This document shows positions 10,147 through 18,884 of a stretch of 64,000 bases of DNA, one piece after another (within the stretch, counting starts at the first letter, position 1; the number at the start of each line of letters is the position of its first letter). The position numbers and the translations under genes were made by a program. Source of the DNA: Candidatus Adlerbacteria bacterium (GTDB lineage: Bacteria > Patescibacteriota > Minisyncoccia > Phycocordibacterales > SBAW01); assembly GCA_037135035.1 (NCBI GenBank), contig JBAXLB010000002.1, positions 71,680-135,679 of the forward strand. Reading direction: 5' to 3'. The notes under the pieces were generated by a model that made no database searches, was not told where the DNA came from, and saw nothing but the letters and a program-made list of their open reading frames with translations.

Positions 10147-10733
10147 TGCGCGTTGTTGTGGGGACTAAAACTTTGTCAGGCAAAGTTCGCCCGACGTCGC
10201 AAAAAGCGACGTTTAGGGAAGAGCTGCGATGGGAAGATGTGTCTGCAGAAGAGCTTGGCACCTTGGCCTCGACTGCGTCACTCCTTGGTGACACGCAAAC
10301 ATTCGTACTAACCGGCGCGCTTAGTGGCGAGCGGGGAGATGAATTTATTTCGCTCGCAAAGGGTCTTGTCCTTTCGCCACATACATTTATTTTTGAAGAA
10401 GAGAAACTGCTTAAAAAACCAAGCGATGCACTTGCAAAAGCTGGAGTGAAAGCCGAAGTCCAAGAAAAAAAGAAAGCAGCTGAATGGAAGTTTGACCAGT
10501 TTGGAGTTGCTGCAGCGCTCGGGAATCGCGATAAAAAAAAGTTATGGCTCGGCGTTGTAAAGTCGCTCCGTGCCGGAGAAAAACCCGAAGCAATTGCCGG
10601 CCTCTTGGCGTGGAAAGCACGGAACATGAAAGATGCGGCGCTTTCGCGCGAAATTGTAACTTTGTACCACGACTCGCACCGCGGGGCGGGGGACTTGGAA
10701 CTGCTACTCGAGCAGTTCGTGCTTACGTTGTAG
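10143..10733 (+). CDS. Hypothetical protein, possible truncated DNA polymerase III delta (HolA)-like
   Basis: ATGA overlap with polA stop (translational coupling); C-terminal LW..VKSLRAGEKPEAIAGLLAWKAR pattern resembles HolA domain III; only 196 aa. Confidence 0.35.
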   Translation: MMRVVVGTKTLSGKVRPTSQKATFREELRWEDVSAEELGTLASTASLLGDTQTFVLTGALSGERGDEFISLAKGLVLSPHTFIFEEEKLLKKPSDALAKAGVKAEVQEKKKAAEWKFDQFGVAAALGNRDKKKLWLGVVKSLRAGEKPEAIAGLLAWKARNMKDAALSREIVTLYHDSHRGAGDLELLLEQFVLTL

Positions 10734-10740
10734 CTAAATT

Positions 10741-10873
10741 TGTGGTCACGAATAATTCTTCGCCGTCGCGCAGAATTTTCTCGACCCCGGCTCGCGGTTG
10801 TGCAATTGCACAGCAACGCTCCGCCTCGCACAGTAGTGCAAAACGCCCCGAAGGGGGCGTGTTTGCTACTCTG
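10741..10873 (-). repeat. Structured tRNA-trailer repeat element, copy after tRNA-Lys
   Basis: On minus strand: GC terminator cgcccccttcggggcg+U-tract, shared gcgacggcg / gaggcgg blocks, aattct...agaatt hairpin, cgtgaccaca box. Confidence 0.5.
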
Positions 10874-10946
10874 TGCGCCCACTTGGATTCGAACCAAGGA
10901 CCATCTCCTTAAAAGGGAGCCGCTCTACCAACTGAGCTATGGGCGC
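10874..10946 (-). tRNA. tRNA-Lys (anticodon TTT)
   Basis: Reverse complement folds as cloverleaf: acceptor GCGCCCA/TGGGCGC, D-arm AGCTCAGTTGGTAGAGC, anticodon loop CTTTTAA, T-arm GGTTCGAATCC. Confidence 0.85.
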
Positions 10947-10998
10947 GTTGCACGCACTGTAGCATAAAGTCTCCTTATTCCTCAACCTTTTTAACCCC

Positions 10999-11027
10999 TT
11001 GACAAGTACTCCCAAATAGTATATAAT
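10999..11027 (+). promoter_or_regulatory. Consensus sigma70-type promoter (TTGACA-17-TATAAT)
   Basis: ttgacaagtactcccaaatagtatataat upstream of small membrane-protein ORF. Confidence 0.6.
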
Positions 11028-11069
11028 ATAAGAGAACGTACACCACATAATTTTTTCTAGGGGAAAAAG

Positions 11070-11267
11070 ATGAAAAAGGCAATCGAGCTGCTGTGCCTCA
11101 CAGCGATGAAGGGATTCATCCGCTGGTTCAACGGGCTGCCGTGGAAGGCAAAGCTCATCGTAATCTTCGTTGGAGTGGTCTTCGGGATCGTCGGGGGGAC
11201 AGCTTTTCTCTCCTTCATGGCGGTCATCGGGGTTCTGGGTTTCATACTCAGGAGGAGTCACAAGTAG
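11070..11267 (+). CDS. Small hydrophobic membrane protein (65 aa)
   Basis: GGGGAAAAAG RBS-like purine tract before ATG, two predicted TM helices, own consensus promoter and own terminator. Confidence 0.5.
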   Translation: MKKAIELLCLTAMKGFIRWFNGLPWKAKLIVIFVGVVFGIVGGTAFLSFMAVIGVLGFILRRSHK

Positions 11268-11277
11268 TTCACAAGGG

Positions 11278-11308
11278 CGGCGTTCGGTCAACAGACCAAC
11301 GCCGCCCT
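11278..11308 (+). terminator. Intrinsic terminator
   Basis: ggcggcgttcggtcaacagaccaacgccgcc hairpin followed by T-rich tract. Confidence 0.6.
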
Positions 11309-11448
11309 TCAACTTTTCTTCATTGTTACTTTTCTATACTTGTAGAGTTACAAAAAGTGTACACATAAATAAATTCTTCTATGTCGAAGATGTCATAAGC
11401 CGGAGAGGTCGTCTTCTATTAAGTTAGAGATGACCTCTCCGGCGTATG

Positions 11449-11913
11449 TTATTTTAGTAGCGCAAACAGCGCGATACCTGCAGCAACGGAGACATTAAGA
11501 GATTCTTTTGTGCCGCGCATGGGGATTTCTACAACTGCGTCGCACAGGGCCAGTTCGTCTTTTAAGATTCCATCAACTTCACTCCCTAACACTAAGGCAA
11601 TATTTTTCGTAGAGGGCTTGTATTCAAATAAGGGGACAGAAGCAGGGTCTTGCTCGAGGGCAACTACCGTACAGCCTGCATCTTTTACTTTTACTACAGC
11701 ATCGGCAAAACTTTCTACGTGTTCCCAAGGGACAGTCTGTTCGGCCCCAAGTGACACTTTTGCAAAGTCTTTTCGCGGTCGGCCAAAACGGTCCAGTGGT
11801 GTGGGTGTATAACCCGAGAGAATTATTTGTGTAACACCCGCAGCGTCGGCTGTGCGAAATATGGAGCCTACGTTATGAACGCTTCGGATATTATGGAGTA
11901 CAAGTGCTGTCAT
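11449..11913 (-). CDS. SpoU/TrmH family RNA 2'-O-methyltransferase
   Basis: LVLGSEVDGI and IPMRGTKESLNVSVAAGIALF motifs; ORF extends to 11991 but Met at 11913 fits family N-terminus. Confidence 0.7.
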   Translation of the reverse strand: MTALVLHNIRSVHNVGSIFRTADAAGVTQIILSGYTPTPLDRFGRPRKDFAKVSLGAEQTVPWEHVESFADAVVKVKDAGCTVVALEQDPASVPLFEYKPSTKNIALVLGSEVDGILKDELALCDAVVEIPMRGTKESLNVSVAAGIALFALLK

Positions 11914-11962
11914 ATAAGCAGTATACGCAAAAATGAAGTCTCGTCTCAACTTATTTTTGCTT

Positions 11963-12364
11963 CTACAACGGCAAGTCCATTGCAAACGCACCTGCGCCGC
12001 TTATCAAAAGTGACAGACAGATAGCAAACACTAAAAAATACGCACTTCGCGAAAGAGGGGAAAGTGTTTCTAAGCGCTTAGGGATAGCCGAATATTTGAG
12101 CGAAATAACTGCACCAAGGACTGCCGCATATTGAGTACCGTATCCAAAAAGTAATACGGCCGCGACAAGAGCCGTGACCGAACCTGAAAACCATATAAGT
12201 GCTGTGTGTGGTTTGCCAATAAGAAAAAATGAATTATGTGAAATTGTTGTGCGATTTTGGATAACCTTATATGCGCTGTACCCAAGCGCGCATGCAACAG
12301 CAAGGCGGAGTAGTGTGGGTATAAAAAACCCAAGGAACAATAGTTGAGGAAAAGGGTTAAGCAT
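11963..12364 (-). CDS. Hypothetical integral membrane protein (4 TM, DoxX-like topology)
   Basis: Hydrophobic segments throughout; no specific motif recognised. Confidence 0.4.
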   Translation of the reverse strand: MLNPFPQLLFLGFFIPTLLRLAVACALGYSAYKVIQNRTTISHNSFFLIGKPHTALIWFSGSVTALVAAVLLFGYGTQYAAVLGAVISLKYSAIPKRLETLSPLSRSAYFLVFAICLSLLISGAGAFAMDLPL

Positions 12365-12371
12365 GAACTTA

Positions 12372-12578
12372 CTATTGGCCGTCTACCGATGTGTTTGTAT
12401 TTGCGTCTACTGTATAGTCGGAAGGAGCTGTGTTTGTGGTATCTGAAGTATCTGCACCTGGTTGTGGGCGGTTTGGGCCGCCTTGTACCCACCACAATGC
12501 CCCGAGCACTACGAGCAGTCCCACAATAAATGTAACGGTCGAAGGAATCCCTCCTTCTGGTTTTGGTTCATCAGCCAT
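12372..12578 (-). CDS. Small membrane-anchored low-complexity protein
   Basis: N-terminal TM then T/N/D-rich tail; operon position between Mur ligase and membrane protein. Confidence 0.35.
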   Translation of the reverse strand: MADEPKPEGGIPSTVTFIVGLLVVLGALWWVQGGPNRPQPGADTSDTTNTAPSDYTVDANTNTSVDGQ

Positions 12579-12598
12579 GCTGTGTATGATACCGCCGT

Positions 12599-13840
12599 TT
12601 AACTTTTAGCACCAAGGAGCTTGTCCAGCTCTTCTTCTGCAGCGCGTTTGTCGCTCCAGACAATCTTAGACCCCTTCGCGCCCATAATGTAGGGGTCGGT
12701 GCCTTTGCCGGTAATTGCTACTACCGAACCTTTTTTAGCACGGCGCAAGGCTTTAGCAATAGCTTCGCGGCGGTCAAGAATAATTTCTGGTATATGTGTG
12801 GTAAAACCGCCAGCAATGTCCACAATTATTTTTGTAGGATTTTCGTCGTAGGGGTCTTCGTTAGTTAAAAAGATATGTGAACATAACTCGTCGGCAATTG
12901 TCCCCATAAGCGGCCGCTTCCACTGGTCGCGGCCGCCGCCTGTCGAGCCCATGACACAAATTAAATCTTTTCCTGTATATGTTTCAAACAATGCCCGGAG
13001 TGAGTCCGGCGTGTGGGCGTAGTCGACAATGACAGAGAAGTCTTGGCCGCGTTCAACCGGTTCTGCGCGTCCGGCAACCGGGGGAATATGTTCGAGCGTT
13101 TTGCGCATTATTTCATGGCGGACACCTATGGCGTCGCCTAGGGTGATAGCCGCTAAAATATTTTTGAGGCTAAATAGCCCTGGTAGTGGCACGCTAAACA
13201 ACTGACCTTTTTTAAACATAAACCGTACACTCGTGTCGTCGGCGGTGTAGGGCTCGGCATCGCGAAGCGAAAACGGCGCGCGCACTTCTACCGCGGCTGC
13301 TAAAAATTGCTTACCGTACGCGTCGTCCACGTTGGCTACAATGTAGCGCGGGCGTTTAGGAGACTCTTCCAAGTGCTTCGCAAGCGAGAGTTTTGCCGCT
13401 GCATATGCTTCCAAACTTCCGTGTGATTCAATATGTTCGGGGGCAAGGTTGGTAAAGACAAGTGCATCGAGTTCAATTCCTTTGTGGCGGAACTGTTTTG
13501 CGCCTTCGGACGTCATCTCTATAACCGCGTGTGTGCAGCCGGCGTCGACTGCCTTACGCAAAAACTTTTGCAAGTACGCGCGGCCTGGCATGGTCATCTT
13601 AAACAAGTTCGGTTCACTTTCAGTACCGATTTTAAATTGGATGGTTGATGCAAGCGCGACTTTATGCCCGGCCCCGGCTAGTACCGTGCGGATAAGTTCG
13701 GACGTGGTTGACTTGCCTTTGGTACCTGTCACACCTACAACAAAAAGTTTTTTAGATGGGAAGCGATACAGAAATGCGCCACCGTATGCAAACAAAAGGT
13801 GGTAGAGGTCGAGTACTTTTTTTGGGATAAATTTACGCAT
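12599..13840 (-). CDS. Mur ligase family protein, MurE-like
   Basis: GVTGTKGKSTT P-loop, DYAHTPDSL motif shared with MurE/MurF, C-terminal Mur ligase domain. Confidence 0.6.
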   Translation of the reverse strand: MRKFIPKKVLDLYHLLFAYGGAFLYRFPSKKLFVVGVTGTKGKSTTSELIRTVLAGAGHKVALASTIQFKIGTESEPNLFKMTMPGRAYLQKFLRKAVDAGCTHAVIEMTSEGAKQFRHKGIELDALVFTNLAPEHIESHGSLEAYAAAKLSLAKHLEESPKRPRYIVANVDDAYGKQFLAAAVEVRAPFSLRDAEPYTADDTSVRFMFKKGQLFSVPLPGLFSLKNILAAITLGDAIGVRHEIMRKTLEHIPPVAGRAEPVERGQDFSVIVDYAHTPDSLRALFETYTGKDLICVMGSTGGGRDQWKRPLMGTIADELCSHIFLTNEDPYDENPTKIIVDIAGGFTTHIPEIILDRREAIAKALRRAKKGSVVAITGKGTDPYIMGAKGSKIVWSDKRAAEEELDKLLGAKS

Positions 13841-13849
13841 AGGTTTTTA

Positions 13850-14449
13850 TTACAGTGCTTTTGCAGAAGTCCCGAGATATTTAAGTGCTGCGGCAAGCCG
13901 CCCACTTGTGCCTGTGATGTCTTCGGGAATTTCTTTGAGTATCTTGCGGCTTTCGTCGGCGCGGTAGCCAAGTGCCATGAGCGCTTCAATGACCTCGCCG
14001 TCGCCACCGCCTGCATGCGCAGGTAGGCCGCGGAGTGTTGCTTCGGCGGTGAGTTTGTCGCGAAGTTCTACAACTAAACGCTCGGCACTTTTTTTGCCGA
14101 TACCAAATACTTTATGCAATTCACCTGCGTCGCCCGCGGCAATAGCGCGCTTCAAAGACGCAACGTCGGCGACATTTAAAATACCCAGTGCTGTTTTAGG
14201 TCCCACTCCCGATACGCTCATGAGTTGTTTAAAAAACCCGAGCTCTTCTTCGGTGGGGAAGCCGTAGAGGTCGAGTGCATCCTCGCGCACTGTTGTGTGT
14301 ATAAAAAGCGACACCACCGAGCCGCTATTTTTAAGGACGTCGAGCGACAAAAGAGGGGTGCGGACACAGTAACCAACGCCGCCAACTTCAACAAGTACCA
14401 TGCCGTCTGTGCCATTTCCGCTCAAGGTACCTGTCAGCTTGCCTATCAT
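13850..14449 (-). CDS. ruvA: Holliday junction DNA helicase subunit RuvA
   Basis: MIGKLTGTL N-terminus, HhH motifs GVGPKTALGIL, C-terminal domain III. Confidence 0.85.
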   Translation of the reverse strand: MIGKLTGTLSGNGTDGMVLVEVGGVGYCVRTPLLSLDVLKNSGSVVSLFIHTTVREDALDLYGFPTEEELGFFKQLMSVSGVGPKTALGILNVADVASLKRAIAAGDAGELHKVFGIGKKSAERLVVELRDKLTAEATLRGLPAHAGGGDGEVIEALMALGYRADESRKILKEIPEDITGTSGRLAAALKYLGTSAKAL

Positions 14450-14535
14450 CCTTCTATCATACTCTAGCGGACCGCTGCGAGCGAAATTGGGGTGGGGGCT
14501 TGTGTTTTTGGCAGTTATTGCGTACTGTAGTGTTC

Positions 14536-14784
14536 ATGGCAATCACCAAAGGAGCTAAAAAGGCACACCGCCAGTCGTTGCGTAAAAACGCAATGAACCA
14601 GACCCGCAAAACTGCTATGCGCACGGCTATGAAGAATGTCCGTGGGGCAGAAAAAGGCGATACTAAAACAATTGCTGCTGCCTACCAGGCAATAGACAAA
14701 GCCCTCAAGCGCGGCATCATCAAGAAAAATACTGCCGCCCGCCGCAAGGCCAAGGTCGCAAAGACTCTCTCCACAAAAAAGTAG
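14536..14784 (+). CDS. rpsT: 30S ribosomal protein S20
   Basis: MAITKGAKKAHRQSLRKN... basic helical S20 signature; ORF begins 14500 but Met at 14536 matches family. Confidence 0.8.
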   Translation: MAITKGAKKAHRQSLRKNAMNQTRKTAMRTAMKNVRGAEKGDTKTIAAAYQAIDKALKRGIIKKNTAARRKAKVAKTLSTKK

Positions 14785-14794
14785 TTTTTAAAAA

Positions 14795-14828
14795 AGAAAA
14801 GGCCGTCCCGAAAGGGGCGGCTTTTGAT
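14795..14828. terminator. Bidirectional intrinsic terminator
   Basis: aaaaggccgtcccgaaaggggcggcttttg; same 26-nt core recurs at 43233-43258. Confidence 0.65.
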
Positions 14829-14830
14829 TA

Positions 14831-15268
14831 TCAAACTCTCCATATTCTCCGCTCAAGGTCCAGGAAGAGGCGTGAGGTGGCAATTGCCGACGGAAGGGGA
14901 ATAATCTTTCCCCCAATAACATCTTCGGGGTACACGCCTGTCGCATCCTTGAACTTCTCGCGCAGGTAGTCGGGCAGGTGCGAAAAAAATTCGATGTTCA
15001 TGCCGACGATGTCTTCTTGTTTGTCCTCGCCGACCAAAATATCAAGATACAGATCTTTTGAAGGCATCACCTTTGCGCAACAATCACGCGTAAGGTATGT
15101 GAAGTGATCACTGGCCTCCCAATATATACAACAAGGCCGGAAGGGTTTGAGTTCTGCATCTTTCAAATCCTCTATGGTCATGCCCTGTGGCAAGAATGGT
15201 ACGATAGAAACTTTGCCGCTCATCAGATACTCCTTCGGTTGAACTTGAGGGGTGCTTCTAAAGTCCAA
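14831..15268 (-). CDS. Hypothetical protein with paired CC motifs (possible metal-binding)
   Basis: PCCIYWE...RDCCAKV; no family recognised; likely start at internal Met (15223). Confidence 0.35.
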   Translation of the reverse strand: MDFRSTPQVQPKEYLMSGKVSIVPFLPQGMTIEDLKDAELKPFRPCCIYWEASDHFTYLTRDCCAKVMPSKDLYLDILVGEDKQEDIVGMNIEFFSHLPDYLREKFKDATGVYPEDVIGGKIIPLPSAIATSRLFLDLERRIWRV

Positions 15269-18092
15269 CTATACCACGCTGTTTTCTTGCTATACTCTGT
15301 GCATGCAAACAGGACGGTCAATTGAGGTGGGAAAGGCGACTGATGCTGCACGTACAGAGCTGGAGAGTCTGCGCCAGCGTGCCAGCGAGCTTGAGGCAAA
15401 AATAAAAATTGAATCTGCCTCTCCGGCAGTTGAAATACAAAAACAGGCGGCTGTAGAAGCGGTTGGCGAGCAGTGGAAAAATACTGGGGCAACATCGCCA
15501 GCCGAAGCGCCGCGTGTGGCAGAACACCCGGAAGCTATTACGTTGCAACTTGAGCCCGAGCAGCACGACGAGCGCATGGGTGAGCTCATTCATATTTTGC
15601 AGGAACATGGCGTAACACGTGCTATTCAAGCAACAGAGAAAACGGGCAACCCACATTTGGTCGACGACTTTCACCGTATTTTGGTCGAATGGGTACGCGA
15701 AGGGCTGCCTGCCAAAGAAGTGTCGAGCAAAAAATATAAAGTCGCGCTTTCGATGGCGTTGTACGAAGTGACACTGCCGGGCCCGAATGCCGACAGTGAC
15801 AAACCAACTGACCCTGCAAAAACCATGCGCGACTTTATCTCCTTGATGGAGCAGTTTTACCGCGGCATGTTACAAATGGACACCAAACAGGGTGAATATT
15901 TTTCGTTCGAAATTGCAAACCCGGCAGGCGAGACGCATACCACCATGTATATTGCTGTGCCAAAAGCACGCAAAGCTATGTTTGAAAAACAGTTGCTGGG
16001 GCTGTACCCAACAGCCCGTCTTGTTGAACGGCATGACGACTACAACGCATTTGTCGACGGTGCAGAAACTGCAGCAGCAACAGCGCGCCTGCATGAGCGG
16101 GGCATATATTCGCTGCGGACGTCGGAGTCGTTTACCAACGACCCGCTCGACCTGTTGTTGAACGCGTTTTCGATGCTCGATAAAACAGGCGAAGGTGCTG
16201 CGGTGCAATTTGTCGTTTCCCCACGCGACCGGGGGTTAAACAAAGACTATCGCTGGGCACTCGAAAAAATACATCGGGGTGTGCCACTTGAACATGCAAC
16301 ACGGATATATAAAGGAGTGCCGAGGTTTTTCTACGATGTGTGGACCTTTTTTGTAGAACCAAAAAAATTGGACCAAGACGAGAGACTTAAACCCGACGAC
16401 GCGCGCCTAAAAAATATTGAACAAAAAATAGCAAGCCCAATTTTTTTGGCGGACATACGTCTTGTCGCGTCGGCCGCAACTAAAGAGCGTGCACAGGCAG
16501 TACTGCAAGACATTGAAGCACCGTTTCAGCAGTTTGCTGACACGGCAGGGAACAGTTTGGTATTTGATGCAGTGTCAGCGGGGAACATAAAAAACTTTGC
16601 GCGTGCATTTTCCTACCGCCTGCTCGACGAAGCAAAGGCATTGCCGCTTTCAGCTATGGAGTTGGCGACGCTTGCACACATGCCGGGGGCGTTGAGCAAA
16701 CTTGCAGCGCCCGACTTACGGCAAGAAAAAGCTGGCATTTCGGCCCCGCCAGCTAACTTGCCAAATGCGGGTGCAATGCTCGGTGTTAACAAATTCCGCG
16801 GGGCCACAAAAGAGGTGCGCATTGCGCCCGAAGACCGTTTGCGCCACCTGTACGTTATTGGCCAGACCGGTACAGGTAAGTCGGTATTGCTTAAAAATGT
16901 CATCATGCAAGACATAAAGTCGGGTGCTGGTGTCTGCATGATAGACCCGCACGGCTCCGACGTGTTGGATGTGCTTTCGGCTATACCACCTGAACGTATG
17001 GACGATGTTATTTATTTCGACCCAGGTTCTATGGAACGGCCAATAGGTCTGAATATGCTCGAGTTTGACCCCGCAAAGCCAGAACAAAAAACTCTTGTTG
17101 TGGACGAATTATTTGGCATATTTAAAAAACTCTTCGGCGCAGTGCCTGAAAGTATGGGGCCTGCATTCGAGCAATATTTTCGCAACTCTGCGTTGCTCGT
17201 GATGGAAGCACCAGAACTCGGCAGCACATTGCTCGACATTTCGCGTATTTTTGCCGACCCCGAGTTCCGTGCCCGCAAACTTGCTGCCTGCAAAAACCCT
17301 ATTGTGAAGCAGTTTTGGGAAGACATTGCTGCCAAGACAACCGGCGAGCAGGGCCTGGAAAACTACGGCCCCTATGTGACCAACAAGTTTGATATTTTTA
17401 CGACCAACGAGATTATGCGCCCTATCATTGCGCAGCAAAAGTCGGCGTTCAACTTTCGCGATATTATGGACAGCAAAAAGATTTTGCTGGTTAACCTTGC
17501 AAAAGGCCGCATTGGTGACATTAACGCAAACCTGCTCGGCTTGATAATCGTCGGTAAATTCTTAATAGCTGCACTTTCGCGTGCCGACTCTGTAGGTAAA
17601 GACTTGCCGCCCTACTATCTGCACATTGACGAGTTCCAAAACTTTACGACACCCTCAATTGCGACGATATTTTCGGAAGCGCGCAAATATAAACTCTCGC
17701 TCACAGTGGCGCACCAATTTATTGCCCAACTTTCGGAAGAAATTCGCGATGCGGTCTTTGGCAACGTTGGCTCTATATGCTCGTTCCGTGTAGGTGCTGC
17801 TGACGCAGAGTTTTTGGAAAAACAATTTGCCCCAACGTTTAAACAGAGCGACCTTATGAATGTCGACAACTGGAACGCATACGTGCGTTTGCTTGTTAAC
17901 GGCCGCCCCGCAACACCGTTTAACATCGAGACAGTACCTTTTGAAGGTAAGGGTATGGCTAACGCAGACAAAATGCGGGAACTTTCGGGCCTTAAATACG
18001 GCCGCCCACGTGCAGAAATTGAAGCCGAAATTGCCAAAAGTTTTAAAGGTTCCTCACAGGAGCCGGCAACGCTGGTAGGGAATGGACTCTAG
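15252..18092 (+). CDS. Large FtsK/HerA/VirB4-TraD-class P-loop ATPase with unassigned ~500-aa N-terminal region
   Basis: Walker A YVIGQTGTGKSVLLKN, Walker B/DExx YYLHIDEFQNF, C-terminal architecture like T4SS ATPases; no TM segments; alternative start ATG 15303. Confidence 0.6.
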   Translation: MLLKSNYTTLFSCYTLCMQTGRSIEVGKATDAARTELESLRQRASELEAKIKIESASPAVEIQKQAAVEAVGEQWKNTGATSPAEAPRVAEHPEAITLQLEPEQHDERMGELIHILQEHGVTRAIQATEKTGNPHLVDDFHRILVEWVREGLPAKEVSSKKYKVALSMALYEVTLPGPNADSDKPTDPAKTMRDFISLMEQFYRGMLQMDTKQGEYFSFEIANPAGETHTTMYIAVPKARKAMFEKQLLGLYPTARLVERHDDYNAFVDGAETAAATARLHERGIYSLRTSESFTNDPLDLLLNAFSMLDKTGEGAAVQFVVSPRDRGLNKDYRWALEKIHRGVPLEHATRIYKGVPRFFYDVWTFFVEPKKLDQDERLKPDDARLKNIEQKIASPIFLADIRLVASAATKERAQAVLQDIEAPFQQFADTAGNSLVFDAVSAGNIKNFARAFSYRLLDEAKALPLSAMELATLAHMPGALSKLAAPDLRQEKAGISAPPANLPNAGAMLGVNKFRGATKEVRIAPEDRLRHLYVIGQTGTGKSVLLKNVIMQDIKSGAGVCMIDPHGSDVLDVLSAIPPERMDDVIYFDPGSMERPIGLNMLEFDPAKPEQKTLVVDELFGIFKKLFGAVPESMGPAFEQYFRNSALLVMEAPELGSTLLDISRIFADPEFRARKLAACKNPIVKQFWEDIAAKTTGEQGLENYGPYVTNKFDIFTTNEIMRPIIAQQKSAFNFRDIMDSKKILLVNLAKGRIGDINANLLGLIIVGKFLIAALSRADSVGKDLPPYYLHIDEFQNFTTPSIATIFSEARKYKLSLTVAHQFIAQLSEEIRDAVFGNVGSICSFRVGAADAEFLEKQFAPTFKQSDLMNVDNWNAYVRLLVNGRPATPFNIETVPFEGKGMANADKMRELSGLKYGRPRAEIEAEIAKSFKGSSQEPATLVGNGL

Positions 18093-18124
18093 GAAATTCC
18101 TCGGAATTTTAGTACTCTGTAGAT

Positions 18125-18238
18125 ATGGAAGGACTTAATAAACACATAGAAACACCAGAGCAGCAAGAAAAGCGCAAACATATGGAAGCGATTGCTAAAG
18201 TTGGTGGTGCCATTCGTCTGTTAGAAACGCAAGACTAA
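18125..18238 (+). CDS. Hypothetical micro-protein (37 aa)
   Basis: Intact ORF immediately downstream of the large ATPase; no SD. Confidence 0.2.
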   Translation: MEGLNKHIETPEQQEKRKHMEAIAKVGGAIRLLETQD

Positions 18239-18242
18239 TTAT

Positions 18243-18422
18243 ATGACTGTTGAAACTGTAGCCAACATTTTGAGCGAGAGCGCTTTTTCGCCGGATATTT
18301 ATGCGCGTATGGAAACTATTTTGAAGGCCGCAAAAGAGCGGGGGAGCATTACTGCTGAAGAAAAAGCACGACTTCTTGAGTTAGTTGATGAGGAGGAAAA
18401 AAAGACACGTGCACAGATCTAG
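18243..18422 (+). CDS. Hypothetical small helical protein (59 aa)
   Basis: Intact ORF MTVETVANILSES...; 4 nt after preceding micro-ORF. Confidence 0.25.
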   Translation: MTVETVANILSESAFSPDIYARMETILKAAKERGSITAEEKARLLELVDEEEKKTRAQI

Positions 18423-18429
18423 TTATTTC

Positions 18430-18735
18430 TTACTTCGACTTGCGTTGATAGTCTTTAAACGCTTCTTCAATTATCTTGTCCATCTTTGTACCGTGCTGAA
18501 GATGTTTTACTACGGTCTGTCCGTAGACTTCTGCAAATAAAGAATCTTGTTGTGCCAGTACCCGCGCAGCTTCTACGAGGTCAGCAAACAATGGGCCGCG
18601 CACTTTTTCTTCGGTAATTTCTTGCGCGTCTTTGTCTCGTATTGCTCCAAGTGCTTTTTGTAATGTTACTATCTCGGTCGGAGTTTCTGGTGAGGTAGGT
18701 GCGGTTGGCAGGGGTTCTTTTTCTTGTGAGGGCAT
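18430..18735 (-). CDS. Hypothetical protein (101 aa)
   Basis: Clean ORF, Pro/Thr-rich N-terminus then helical region. Confidence 0.4.
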   Translation of the reverse strand: MPSQEKEPLPTAPTSPETPTEIVTLQKALGAIRDKDAQEITEEKVRGPLFADLVEAARVLAQQDSLFAEVYGQTVVKHLQHGTKMDKIIEEAFKDYQRKSK

Positions 18736-18811
18736 AAAGTATGGCTATATTTCTAATACAAACATACTAACACCTTTACTAAATAAGATATTTACCTTAG
18801 TGTGTGAGAAT

Positions 18812-18884
18812 GCTCCCGTCGTTCAATGGATAGGACGTATCCTTGCGGAGGATATGATGTAGGTTCGATTCCTACCGGGAGCAC
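18812..18884 (+). tRNA. tRNA-Arg with apparent anticodon GCG
   Basis: Acceptor GCTCCCG/CGGGAGC, D-loop AATGGATAG, anticodon stem TATCC/GGATA with loop TTGCGGA, T-arm GGTTCGATTCC; paralog of tRNA-Arg(CCG) at 21602. Confidence 0.7.

Noticed and set aside
10544-10967. Two overlapping plus-strand ORFs (122 aa, 75 aa)
   Set aside because: They cover the minus-strand tRNA-Lys and its GC-rich terminator/trailer element
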